64,000 nucleotides of DNA, taken from Daphnia carinata. Its lineage: Eukaryota. A program made the translations under genes and the position numbers. Shown here piece by piece: positions 1 through 12,735 of the stretch (position 1 is its first letter; each line of letters starts with the position of its first letter). The stretch is from positions 8,432,001-8,496,000 of the forward strand of contig NC_081331.1 in NCBI RefSeq assembly GCF_022539665.2. The letters are read 5' to 3'. The notes below the pieces were generated by a model. It did not search any database, had not been told where the DNA came from, and was given only the letters and a program-made list of their open reading frames with translations.

Positions 1-3000
1 CATGCGAAAAAAAGCCATAATAGAAAAGTCGGATGGTCTAATTACGGGTCGGGATTGGATTGTCTCCCGCCGTAAGACCGGGAAGCTTCTCCTCGGTCAC
101 GACAGTTAATATTTGTTAATTTGTAATATAAAATGATTGCCATAAAAACATTGTCAATATAAAAAAAAAATTCGTTTCAACAAAAAATAAACTCCGTCCG
201 TCAAATTGTATATTTAAATAATCATGTGATGATTTGAACATGTCGTCATATGATGCAGGAAATTCGTGGTGTTTCGGTTATGAGTACCGTACATTCTTAA
301 TCCATACACAGCACGTCTTGAGTTAGGTATCGCGTTTCAAATGTAGCAAGTAGCTCGTAATAATGGAGAGATTTTATTCCTATATCTAGGTGAAGTAAAA
401 AAGCAATCGGGTGACCTTCTTTCGAATATTATTCAGTTGATTTTTTGTTCGTGCTTTTTTATTCATGTTTAGAGCAGAGCTGAGCTGCCCTAAAATCGGA
501 TATGAAGCTTAGGTTTGACAGTAAATATTCTTAATTTACTCGTTGATTTCATTTTATAATGCAATTTTAATGTTTTAGGGAATTGGATGTTCTAGTTCAT
601 TTGATCTAACTTCAAACGTGGGCACGAGTGATAGTTTTGGAAAAGAGGATGTTATTCTTAAGTAAAAGCGTACACAAAACAATGAAACTTCAAACGTCGA
701 CGACTTGTTTCGTTTAACCCTTCATGCTTTGATGACTGGTGATACTCAGAAAAAAACTGAAAACTCATTGCTCGGCGAAGGAGCTCTTGAACGGTGCAAC
801 GTAGAAGAGTTGGGGCGCCGTGATGGCTTTTAAAGGTGGATCCATTCTCTGGAGTACTGAATGAAGGTGCCGATCCGTGGTCATGATGACAGCCGCCGGT
901 GCTGTCCTGGTCGACGAACAGCCGAGACAGTGATGGCAGATGACGTGCACGAAATTAGACACAACTATATTTACGGAGACGGACATGGTTGTGTTGATTT
1001 TTTTCTTGTATTTCGATTCTGTTACTCTCGTTGGCGACCATCAGCAGAGAGTAGATGACGAGTTGGCCGCCAAGAAACAGTCCCCGCCTCATAAAGTCGA
1101 CCAATCGAGAAGAATTAGGGAAGCATAGAAGATGTTCTTTTGCAGGACGAGTAGTTCGTTAAAAAGGTTTGAATGGAACGAGATGAACGGCTCAGGCCTG
1201 GGAAAAGAGAAGCGCCGTTCTACTGTGAAAGCTCACGACTTTTTCCGAACGAGCTTCGTAGGTAACTGAAAACAGTCGGACATTTGTATGTTTTGCATGG
1301 TATTGCGTAAGTAGACGTTTGCATCGGCAAATGTTAATATAACACAGTCTCTTTTCTGATATTGAACGTCTGCTATGAGCGCAGCTTCTCTCAGTCTATC
1401 GCCAAATGGTTTTCAACGAAAGCCTCAGTCGACTTAATCATTTCAAGTTGACTTTGTTCGTGCAATTGGCGTTGGCACGTTTTCGCCATCGCTTTGGCAT
1501 TTTGACCTCATATTCTTTCCTAAACATAATCTTAAAAAATCAACACGGAGTTTCTTTCATCGTTGTGCACAATTCAATTGCGTTCTTCTTTTTAAGTAGT
1601 GGCGAAGGCTAACGCAGGTGTCCAATGTGATGGAAAAAAGGAATATAATTCCGAGTAGGCCTACTAACATCTTTGATGAGGTAACGAACGTGTTATGCAG
1701 GGTCAAACAAAAAAAAAATTCATTTCGGAACCAAGTGGTTCGAAATGATAATATACAAATGTACGTGGCTTTGTCGCTAATAATTTTTCTCTTTCATTTT
1801 TCCCTTTTCGTTTGACTAATTACGTTGTTGTCAAGAGAACCGCTTGGCAACGTCAGTCACGTCGTCCTTGCATCTGCCAAGATTCTACGTGATTGTGGCC
1901 AATTTGGTAACACGCAAGAAAGAACGCGGTACAACCGATCGATGTGATGGTTTTCTTGCAGTGCCTTTGAATGTCGCAGAAATGACAGACCCATTTCCGC
2001 CATTCTTCCTTCCCTCGTCAACCTTATACTACTAGTATTAAGCATGATGATACCGGACCTTAAATAAATTTGATTACGCGTTTCCTTTTTTTTTCTATGA
2101 CTTATTTCAATGAATCGTTTCCCCAGCCAAGTCATCCAGACCTCCATTCTTGTTTCTATTTCGGCCCAAATCAAAATTATCCCCTTTCTGACAAACTATT
2201 CGACAGTGTTTAACCTTTCTACTTTTTTATTACCATGTAGACTTCAGCAATATCGAGCAATCCTATCGAAAGAGATCCGTCAAAAATTCGAAACGAATTT
2301 TTTTTTTATATTGACAATGTTTTTATGGCAATCATTTTATATTACAAATTAACAAATATTAACTGTCGTGACCGAGGAGAAGCTTCCCGGTCTTACGGCG
2401 GGAGACAATCCAATCCCGACCCGTAATTAGACCATCCGACTTTTCTATTATGGCTTTTTTTCGCATGTAATTAATTTCTAGCATGAAAAAAAATCTTTTT
2501 AAAAGACATTAAAAGAAGTAAAAACTAAAGTTCATTTATTAAAATTTTTAATTTTGTTCATTTTGTTTGCTAAATTTAACATGTGCCATAATGAACTGTA
2601 GCCTTTTATCAGTGATAGTTAGATCATCTATTTTACAGTATAAAAGACTTGATAAGACAATTTATGTTTGGTAACGGTGTTGGTTCGCTAGCGCCGTTAC
2701 TGCGTATATGTGCGTTACTAATGAATGTTTATCTAATTGCAGGTCTGGGAATGGCTGAAAAGAGTGACGCAAAGGTCGCGGCAGTTTGAACAACGATGGA
2801 TTGTGACCACACTAGCTGATTATATGGAAGGGAAACGCCATAAACTCTAAATGGAAATTAGGTGTCCACATGAATTATAAACGGTGGATTAATGCGGATA
2901 TGGAGACCAAACCCACTCTTTTTCTTACGTTACTGGTAAGTTGAACATAAATGTTTTTTTATGGTTGTTTTAATAATTTTATAGTTGTCGCTAAAAGAAA

Positions 3001-3237
3001 GTTCACCGAGCCGAAAGAATTAGAGTAGTGTGCGATTCCATAAACGACGTGCACAAGCTCGTTACGACAAATATTTGCATGGCCATCTATAGAAACAAAC
3101 GTGTAAAGCTGTGCAATACTTTGTAGAAATAAAAGGCGTTTTCTTGCGTTGATTGCATTGATATTTACACCAAGCGTTCGATATACAGACATAAATTATA
3201 GGACATGTTTTTAATATTCAATCGCGTGTCGGGAAAT

Positions 3238-4016
3238 CTAGTAGATCTTGTAACCCTTTCCATTGAAGGGGATGTGAACGGGAGCAACTGGGAGCTCATA
3301 TTCATGGACGGGAGCGACTGGGAGTTCGTATTCGTGGACGGGAGCGACGGGCAAGTGATCTCCTTTGGGCTGGAAACCAGCCTCATCGGCAGCCCAGGTC
3401 AAAGTGAACTTGTCGCCTTCGGGGGAGATCCAGTAGGAAGATCCCTTGTTGGTGTTGCCGAAGACTTCACCGTACGATTCTTTCCCGTAAGAATCGTAGA
3501 TGACTCCTTGTATCTTCTTCTGTACCTGAGATTCTTCGCGGGTGGTGTAGTCTGACTGGGCATAGCTGTGGATTGAAATGATTGAATTTTTCGAATGAGT
3601 TTCTTTAATTCTTAAATTAATGAGCATAAAGTATGAAATTTGATTAACCTCCACTGGCTGCTGCCATCGATGTTGCGCTCATCGGATTGGCTGGTGATGG
3701 TGATGTCGGCGTATTTGTTATCCTTGTTGTAGCTGGGAGTAGGGTAGGCTGGTGCTGGGTAGGCTGGTGCTGGGTAGGCTGGTGCTGGGTAGGCTGGTGT
3801 GGAGTAGGCTGGTGCAGGGTACTTTGGTGCAGGGTAGCTTGGCGCAGGATAGCTGGGAGCTTTGTATTCCGGCTTGTAGCTGGATGGAACAGCGGCAGCC
3901 ACAGCCAAGAAAGTGGCGACGAAGAACTGGCGGCAAAGTATCGTCGTTAATTAAAACTCATAAATATTTTATTGTAATCGGAAATAATGAAGAATTAATT
4001 GCCTTACAAGTTTCAT
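3238..4016 (-). CDS. Cuticular protein, R&R/chitin_bind_4 (RR-1-like), gene A, inverted copy; 3 exons, 204 aa
   Basis: Reverse complement of the 15541-16319 gene with the same 779-bp span: MKL|FFVATFLAVAAA signal peptide, YPAPA repeats, GSSYWISPEGDKFTLTWAADEAGFQP R&R consensus. Confidence 0.92.
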
Positions 4017-4537
4017 GTTGGACTAGGTTGATTTGATGAACAATTGATGCATATGGTTCTCCATTTCTGGTCTTATATAGTCAAGTGAATGTTAAATTAC
4101 ATTCGATTGACCTAGTTGTTCTGGCAGCCAGATTTCATTCAAGCAACTAGACTTGGGCGTTGTTCAAGAATAGAGCACTCTCACTTTTCACATCAGCCAC
4201 ATTACAGAATTGTTTTAGAAAAACCAACTTGTAGTTAGGGATAACAACTTCTGAGCATCTTTAGCTGAGTACCTTGCTACTCCAGCACAAACGTATGGTA
4301 GCGTGAATCACGAATAAGGACGACTGTATGTTCAATTCTATGAATACAAGTTTTAGATGACAATGTTGCTGAATTATTGGGACAAGCATATTATCTTTTG
4401 GTGCTATTTACCGAATGCAATCACTGCATTGCAATAGCCATGGCCTGGAATGTGAAGCATAGTTAACCACCAAAGGGCGATGCTCATCGCTTTCAGAACT
4501 AGGTCAAGAAAGGAAATGAAATAGAAAACGAACACAG

Positions 4538-4637
4538 NNNNNNNNNNNNNNNNNNNNNNNNNNNNNNNNNNNNNNNNNNNNNNNNNNNNNNNNNNNNNNN
4601 NNNNNNNNNNNNNNNNNNNNNNNNNNNNNNNNNNNNN
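4538..4637. other. Assembly gap (100 N)
   Basis: Run of exactly 100 Ns, a typical unsized scaffold gap. Confidence 0.99.
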
Positions 4638-5268
4638 AATACAAAGCTCCCAGCTATCCTGCGCCAAGCTACCCTGCACCAAAGTACCCTGCACCAGCCT
4701 ACTCCACACCAGCCTACCCAGCACCAGCCTACCCAGCACCAGCCTACCCAGCACCAGCCTACCCTACTCCCAGCTACAACAAGGATAACAAATACGCCGA
4801 CATCACCATCACAAGCCAATCCGATGAGCGCAACATCGATGGCAGCAGCCAGTGGAGGTTAATCAAATTTCATACTTTATGCTCATTAATTTAAGAATTA
4901 AAGAAACTCATTCGAAAAATTCAATCATTTCAATCCACAGCTATGCCCAGTCAGACTACACCACCCGCGAAGAATCTCAGGTACAGAAGAAGATACAAGG
5001 AGTCATCTACGATTCTTACGGGAAAGAATCGTACGGTGAAGTCTTCGGCAACACCAACAAGGGATCTTCCTACTGGATCTCCCCCGAAGGCGACAAGTTC
5101 ACTTTGACCTGGGCTGCCGATGAGGCTGGTTTCCAACCCAAAGGAGATCACTTGCCCGTCGCTCCCGTCCACGAATACGAACTCCCAGTCGCTCCCGTCC
5201 ATGAATATGAGCTCCCAGTTGCTCCCGTTCACATCCCCTTCAATGGAAAGGGTTACAAGATCTACTAG
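4638..5268 (+). CDS. Cuticular protein gene A, copy with its 5' end lost in the gap (part of exon 2 and exon 3)
   Basis: Matches 15689-16319; begins immediately after the N run. Confidence 0.88.
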
Positions 5269-8200
5269 ATTTCCCGACACGCGATTGAATATTAAAAACA
5301 TGTCCTATAATTTATGTCTGTATATCGAACGCTTGGTGTAAATATCAATGCAATCAACGCAAGAAAACGCCTTTTATTTCTACAAAGTATTGCACAGCTT
5401 TACACGTTTGTTTCTATAGATGGCCATGCAAATATTTGTCGTAACGAGCTTGTGCACGTCGTTTATGGAATCGCACACTACTCTAATTCTTTCGGCTCGG
5501 TGAACTTTCTTTTAGCGACAACTATAAAATTATTAAAACAACCATAAAAAAACATTTATGTTCAACTTACCAGTAACGTAAGAAAAAGAGTGGGTTTGGT
5601 CTCCATATCCGCATTAATCCACCGTTTATAATTCATGTGGACACCTAATTTCCATTTAGAGTTTATGGCGTTTCCCTTCCATGTAATCAGCTAGTGTGGT
5701 CACAATCCATCGTTGTTCAAACCGCCGCGACCTTTGCGTCACTCTTTTCAGCCATTCCCAGACCTGCAATTAGATAAACATTCATTAGTAACGCACATAT
5801 ACGCAGTAACGGCGCTAGCGAACCAACACCGTTACCAAACATAAATTGTCTTATCAAGTCTTTTATACTGTAAAATAGATGATCTAACTATCACTGATAA
5901 AAGGCTACAGTTCATTATGGCACATGTTAAATTTAGCAAACAAAATGAACAAAATTAAAAATTTTAATAAATGAACTTTAGTTTTTACTTCTTTTAATGT
6001 CTTTTAAAAAGATTTTTTTTCATGCTAGAAATTAATTACATGCGAAAAAAAGCCATAATAGAAAAGTCGGATGGTCTAATTACGGGTCGGGATTGGATTG
6101 TCTCCCGCCGTAAGACCGGGAAGCTTCTCCTCGGTCACGACAGTTAATATTTGTTAATTTGTAATATAAAATGATTGCCATAAAAACATTGTCAATATAA
6201 AAAAAAAATTCGTTTCAACAAAAAATAAACTCCGTCCGTCAAATTGTATATTTAAATAATCATGTAATGATTTGAACATGTCGTCATATGATGCAGGAAA
6301 TTCGTGGTGTTTCGGTTATGAGTACCGTACATTCTTAATCCATACACAGCACGTCTTGAGTTAGGTATCGCGTTTCAAATGTAGCAAGTAGCTCGTAATA
6401 ATGGAGAGATTTTATTCCTATATCTAGGTGAAGTAAAAAAGCAATCGGGTGACCTTCTTTCGAATATTATTCAGTTGATTTTTTGTTCGTGCTTTTTTAT
6501 TCATGTTTAGAGCAGAGCTGAGCTGCCCTAAAATCGGATATGAAGCTTAGGTTTGACAGTAAATATTCTTAATTTACTCGTTGATTTCATTTTATAATGC
6601 AATTTTAATGTTTTAGGGAATTGGATGTTCTAGTTCATTTGATCTAACTTCAAACGTGGGCACGAGTGATAGTTTTGGAAAAGAGGATGTTATTCTTAAG
6701 TAAAAGCGTACACAAAACAATGAAACTTCAAACGTCGACGACTTGTTTCGTTTAACCCTTCATGCTTTGATGACTGGTGATACTCAGAAAAAAACTGAAA
6801 ACTCATTGCTCGGCGAAGGAGCTCTTGAACGGTGCAACGTAGAAGAGTTGGGGCGCCGTGATGGCTTTTAAAGGTGGATCCATTCTCTGGAGTACTGAAT
6901 GAAGGTGCCGATCCGTGGTCATGATGACAGCCGCCGGTGCTGTCCTGGTCGACGAACAGCCGAGACAGTGATGGCAGATGACGTGCACGAAATTAGACAC
7001 AACTATATTTACGGAGACGGACATGGTTGTGTTGATTTTTTTCTTGTATTTCGATTCTGTTACTCTCGTTGGCGACCATCAGCAGAGAGTAGATGACGAG
7101 TTGGCCGCCAAGAAACAGTCCCCGCCTCATAAAGTCGACCAATCGAGAAGAATTAGGGAAGCATAGAAGATGTTCTTTTGCAGGACGAGTAGTTCGTTAA
7201 AAAGGTTTGAATGGAACGAGATGAACGGCTCAGGCCTGGGAAAAGAGAAGCGCCGTTCTACTGTGAAAGCTCACGACTTTTTCCGAACGAGCTTCGTAGG
7301 TAACTGAAAACAGTCGGACATTTGTATGTTTTGCATGGTATTGCGTAAGTAGACGTTTGCATCGGCAAATGTTAATATAACACAGTCTCTTTTCTGATAT
7401 TGAACGTCTGCTATGAGCGCAGCTTCTCTCAGTCTATCGCCAAATGGTTTTCAACGAAAGCCTCAGTCGACTTAATCATTTCAAGTTGACTTTGTTCGTG
7501 CAATTGGCGTTGGCACGTTTTCGCCATCGCTTTGGCATTTTGACCTCATATTCTTTCCTAAACATAATCTTAAAAAATCAACACGGAGTTTCTTTCATCG
7601 TTGTGCACAATTCAATTGCGTTCTTTTTTTAAGTAGTGGCGAAGGCTAACGCAGGTGTCCAATGTGATGGAAAAAAGGAATATAATTCCGAGTAGGCCTA
7701 CTAACATCTTTGATGAGGTAACGAACGTGTTATGCAGGGTCAAAAAAAAAATTCATTTCGGAACCAAGTGGTTCGAAATGATAATATACAAATGTACGTG
7801 GCTTTGTCGCTAATGGATTTTTTCTCTTTCATTTTTCCCTTTTCGTTTGACTAATTACGTTGTTGTCAAGAGAACCGCTTGGCAACGTCAGTCACGTCGT
7901 CCTTGCATCTGCCAAGATTCTACGTGATTGTGGCTAATTTGGTAACACGCAAGAAAAAACGCGGTACAACCGATCGATGTGATGGTTTTCTTCTAGTGCC
8001 TTTGAATGTCGCAGAAATGACAGACCCATTTCCGCCATTCTTCCTTCCCTCGTCAACCTTATACTACTAGTATTAAGCATGACGATACCGGACCTTAAAT
8101 AAATTTGATTACGCGTTTCCTTTTTTTTTACTTATTTATTTCAATGAATCGTTTCCCCAGCCAAGGCATCCAGACCTCCATTCTTGTTTCTATTTCGGCC

Positions 8201-8779
8201 CAAATCAAAATTATCCCCTTTCTGACAAACTATTCGACAGTGTTTGACCTTTCTACTTTTTTATTACCATGTAGACTTCAGCAATATCGAGCAATCCTAT
8301 CGAAAGAGATCCGTCAAAAATTCATTGATTCGCTTAACAACTAAACAGAAAGGAAGCGTGAATTAGCAATCACGTAGCTTCCACAGTTTCAAGGCCTGGC
8401 GGGGATTTTTCAGCACCCTAACGTCGACGTTAGGGTCCTGACGTTATGTCGTGCTACTACATGGTGAGTGAGAGAAGCATGCCGCAAACTGATGGAACAC
8501 TGCGGCGTTCCAAGCATGTGAAGACAGTAGTTGTGTGGATGCTTCCCTCACTCACCATCTATTAGCGCGATACGAAATGGCTGCCTTTACATTTGACAAC
8601 GGTTCAGGACACTTCTGTATCCCTGTTAGTTTAATGCGCTTTAAAGTTTTATGTTTTATTAAATGGAAGTAATTTCCGTAAGACTGTGTTTCAAGAATTG
8701 TTCGTTTTCGTGTTCCATATTTTGTCATTTCAATGATGGCCCAAACAGCAATTAAAGTCAGATCGCACATATGCCTAGA

Positions 8780-10796
8780 CCCCCCGTTGGCGTCGAAGAA
8801 CTAACCGATCCGGCCGACCGAATATTATGCGGAGTCCAAGTGGCAGAATACTCCCCTCGACAACTGGCTCTCCTACAACACGCCGACCGAGACATAAGGA
8901 AGTTTGTTCTCTGCCTTCAGGGGTACGGTGACAAATACGGCCCCCCAAAGGAAAATAACGGTTTCGTTTTGTACGAAGGAGTACTGTACAAGAAGAATGT
9001 CAAGCCAGGTTGCCAACGTCTCCTATTGGTGCCTTCAATCATCCGTCGGGATCTTCTGTTTGCATGTCACGATACACCAATCGGCGGCCACCACGGTATA
9101 GAGAAAACCTTGGCTAAACTATCCCAACGATACTGGTGGAAGAACATGAAGAAAAGCGTAGAGGCATATGTGAGTACCTGTGAGTTCTGTCAACCTTTAA
9201 AATCTCGGGTAGGATATCCAGTCGGAAAACTATGTCCTATTCCTCCACCTAAAGAAGTGTTCGAAATGGTAGCAGCAGACCATCTAGGTCCCTTTCAGAA
9301 GACAGCAAATGGGAACTACCATGTGATAGTGTGTATCGACTACTTGACCCGATGGATCGAAGTAAAAGCAGTGAAAGACACCGGCACCGAAGCGGCAACT
9401 TTTCTAAAAAACAACGTTTTCCTCCAGCACGGACCTCCACGAAGGTTCATCAGCGATAGAGGTCCCGCTTTCTCTTCGGCGGCCTTCGCAGACTTCTTGC
9501 ACGAATGGCGAGTGCATCACATTTTAGCTTCAGCCGAACATCCCGAAACCAATGGATTGGTGGAAAAGGCAAACAGAACCCTAACCGCTACGCTAGCAGC
9601 ATTCGTGAACTTCGAACATGACGACTGGGACAAGGGGCTACAGGAAGCGGCGTTCTCCATCAATACCGCGAAACAGTCAACAACGCAAATTACTCCCTTC
9701 GAACTGGTATACGGACGGTCAGCGGTTCTCCCACACGAAGCCAACTTTCCATGGCCACCCAACGATTCCGAAACTCACGAAGAACGCCGAAAGAAGGTTA
9801 CAAAATGGAGAAAATGCGCGCGTCACCTAACCTTCAAGAGACAACGGAAGAGCCAACACACCTACGACAGCCGCAGGAAACCCAGCCCTCTTTTCGAACT
9901 GGGTGACTTAGTGCTCGTGGAACGTAAGCCCCGGTGTAGTGGAAGGACAAAGAAGTTTTTGGCCAAATTCGTCGGACCCTATCAAATCTGCTCTTGCTAC
10001 AAGGTAGAAGACCTTCCTGCCCATAGAAGAAAAGGATCTGGCGCCGCTTTAACGTCCACGTTTCTCAATTACGACGTTACTTCCCGCGACGTGAAGTAGA
10101 TTGGCTACCGGACGAAGAGACTGACGAAGATTGTCCTGGCCGTAGTGAACAGCCGGAATCTGCAGAAGACGCCTCGGACGTCGACAGAATCGGAAACGAA
10201 GACGACCTGGGAACGGACTCGACGGCCAACGACGAAGAGGACGAAGAGAACGTTCCAGTTAGAACGTCTTCAGTCACCACAAGATCAGGAAGACTGTCTC
10301 GTCAACCAAACCGATTTGTTGCCGGATTCCGTCGCTAATTTTTGATATCTCTTAGTATACTCGTTCGCCCGATTAAATTCGATGTATCTGTTAGTTTTGT
10401 GTTCTCTCCCAGTTTGTGTTCGAATTTTAAAACTCATACGACCAAGTTTAATTTAATATGGTTGACATGTAGCCTATGCAATACTTGTTTTTCTTCTTTT
10501 CCCCAAATTCCTCTGTTTATTGTTAGATCAGGAGATCTTTTTTTTTGTCAGGAAGGGCCGAATGTTGCGAAATGACGAAATGCTAACGTTTAGCCCTGGA
10601 GCGTTTTGGTGGGCTAGTTGGCATCCATGTATTCCTAACCCCCTGTTTTACCCCCTGGTTTTGGAGTCGAAATGTGACGAGTTAGCAGAGTGTGACGAGA
10701 CGTTTTGCGAAACGAACGTCGTTAGGCAAGGCCTAAAATACAGGAATTTAAAAGTGTTCGTTGTTTTGTGTTTCGTTCAACGTCTTTTCCGCAACA
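8780..10796 (+). mobile_element. 5'-truncated Ty3/Gypsy LTR retrotransposon (integrase, PPT and 3' LTR 10563-10796)
   Basis: ORF 8771-10099 has an HHCC finger (HDTPIGGHHG...CEFC), DDE core (ADHLGP, SDRG, NGLVEK) and GPY motif. Purine tract AGGAAGGGCCGAA precedes an LTR bounded by TGTTGCG...CGCAACA. Absent from the next repeat unit. Confidence 0.93.
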
Positions 10797-11565
10797 GGTT
10801 CATGCGTCCATGGCGCAGCTGAAACATTGTGCCCCTAGCACGTGCGTTAATGCAACGCACGCAAGTACCCAAGTCGACCAGAACATTGAGCCAGGTTTTA
10901 CGTGGTCATTATAATATTTGGACGTTGAGCTCGACGGTATGTAGCACAACCACCTACCAAATGAGTTCGTGTATCTATTGCAAAGATTTCATATTACACA
11001 GGCTGTATTCGTATGCCGCAATTCATCCCGGAGCTGGATCGCACACCTCACACAGGTGTTGCCTTATTCCATGCAATGTTTTGATGCATCACCGGCTTTC
11101 GCTCGTTAGTAGCGCTACACGTTTCATAAAGGTGACTGCACACACTAACATGGCTTTGTACGCACTCTTTTCTATCAGTGGCTCTCGGTCTGTGCGTCAC
11201 TTCTTTTGAATCAAAATCTGTATATAAAACGGAGGACAGTCAGTAGGAAAAACAGAATCCAGCGTCACACACCGTGAAATCGAACTTTGTATTCGTATGT
11301 ATCCATCACGCATTTCATCCTCTATTGGAGTTTGGATCGCACACCTCACACAGGTGTTGCCTTATTCCATGCAATGTTTTGATGCATCACCGGCTTTCGC
11401 TCGTTAGTAGCGCCACACGTTTCATAAAGGTGACTGCGCACACTAACAGAAATTAGTACGCAGCGTGTACGCACTCTTTTTCAGCATTATATTTTTATCA
11501 GCTACAAAAAGGCTCTCGGTCTGTGCGTCACTTCTTTTGAATCAAAATCTGTATATAAAACGGAG

Positions 11566-11880
11566 GACGCTGCTGCTCCTGCACCTGCCCAGTTGCTCAA
11601 GTCAAGATCGGACGACTTCCCTGCTCGAATTTCTGCTCCTGCTCCCGCTCCAGTTGTTTACGCTGCACCTGCCCCAGTCAAGGTGGAGCATAACTTCCCT
11701 GGTCGCATTTCGGCACCTGCCCATGCACCAGTTGTTGTTGCAGCTCGTACTCCCGTTCAGGTTAAGATCTCCGTCGAGTTCGACTTCCCTGCTCCCATCT
11801 CCGCACCAGCTCCCACTCCCATCGTAGCTGTTGCATCAGATATTGTTGCTGCGAACAGTTCAACTAACGGCAAAATCTAA
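11566..11880 (+). pseudogene. Orphan 3' fragment of a Pro/Ala/Val-rich low-complexity cuticle-like protein
   Basis: Frame with repeats DFPARISAPAPAPVVYAAPAPVKVE / NFPGRISAPAHAPVV / DFPAPISAPAPTP. No ATG or signal-peptide exon found upstream. Confidence 0.55.
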
Positions 11881-12429
11881 TATTTCATTGAATCTTCTGC
11901 GCAAAAGCCACCTAGCAGTAGATCGAAGAGAATAATGAAACCCTTAGTAGCCGGGATTTGCGAACGTTCTATTATTTTCGGCACACGATTACCCCTACAC
12001 GTCCCACTATTAAAATGTATTACATATACGTAATTATTTATTCAATTTGAAAACTATTAAGATAAATAGGGAACTGAATGAACAAAGCATAAATTTCATT
12101 TGTTCTTTTTATCACTGCGTTCGTTTTTGTAATCGAAATAAAGTATTTTCGTTCCATTGAAACGATTCAAAACTAAACTAGGATACTGGGATCAAACACT
12201 TTACTAATGGAAGAAACTATAGGTGTCCCCGTCGATTATAAAATGTAGATTAAATTTAATACGGATACGACATACAAGCCCACTCTTTTCTCGCGTGATT
12301 TTAGATTGCCTTTGATTCATATTAACATGTATTTTTTGTACCGATAATACAAGAGATGTCAGCGCATTCCGTACATGAATTTACATAATGTATTCAGTCA
12401 GGATTTTAATAATTTTGTATATCTTATAG

Positions 12430-12735
12430 CCTTCGGACAACATACAAGTCAGAATACACCATCAGCGAAGAGTCTCAGGCCCAGACGAAGATGGAAGGAG
12501 TCACCTACAATTCTTATGGAAAAGAATCGTACGGTGAAGCCCTAGGCAACACCAACAAAGGTTCCTCCTAATGGGTTTCACCTGAAGGCGAGAAGTTCAC
12601 TTAGACCTGGGCTGCTGGCGTAGCTGGATTCCAGCCCAAAAGAGATTACTGCCTGTCGCTCCTGTCCATGAATACGAACTGCCAGTCGCTCCCGTTCACA
12701 CCGCCTTTAACGGAAAGAGTTATAGGATTTACTAG
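12430..12735 (+). pseudogene. Cuticular protein (R&R) exon-3 pseudogene
   Basis: Homologous to exon 3 of genes A/B (GVTYNSYGKESYGEALGNTNKGSS*WVSPEGEKFT*TWAA) with in-frame TAA and TAG and a later frameshift; exons 1-2 not seen. Confidence 0.85.

Noticed and set aside
3687..4036. ORFs rich in VGWCW, LGRLV or TSLPS (also at 14579-14966, 15521-15870, 24652-25023, 25578-25927)
   Set aside because: Antisense and alternative-frame shadows of the YPAPA/YSAPA cuticle repeats.
4404..4819. ORFs containing X runs
   Set aside because: Artefacts of translating through the N gap.
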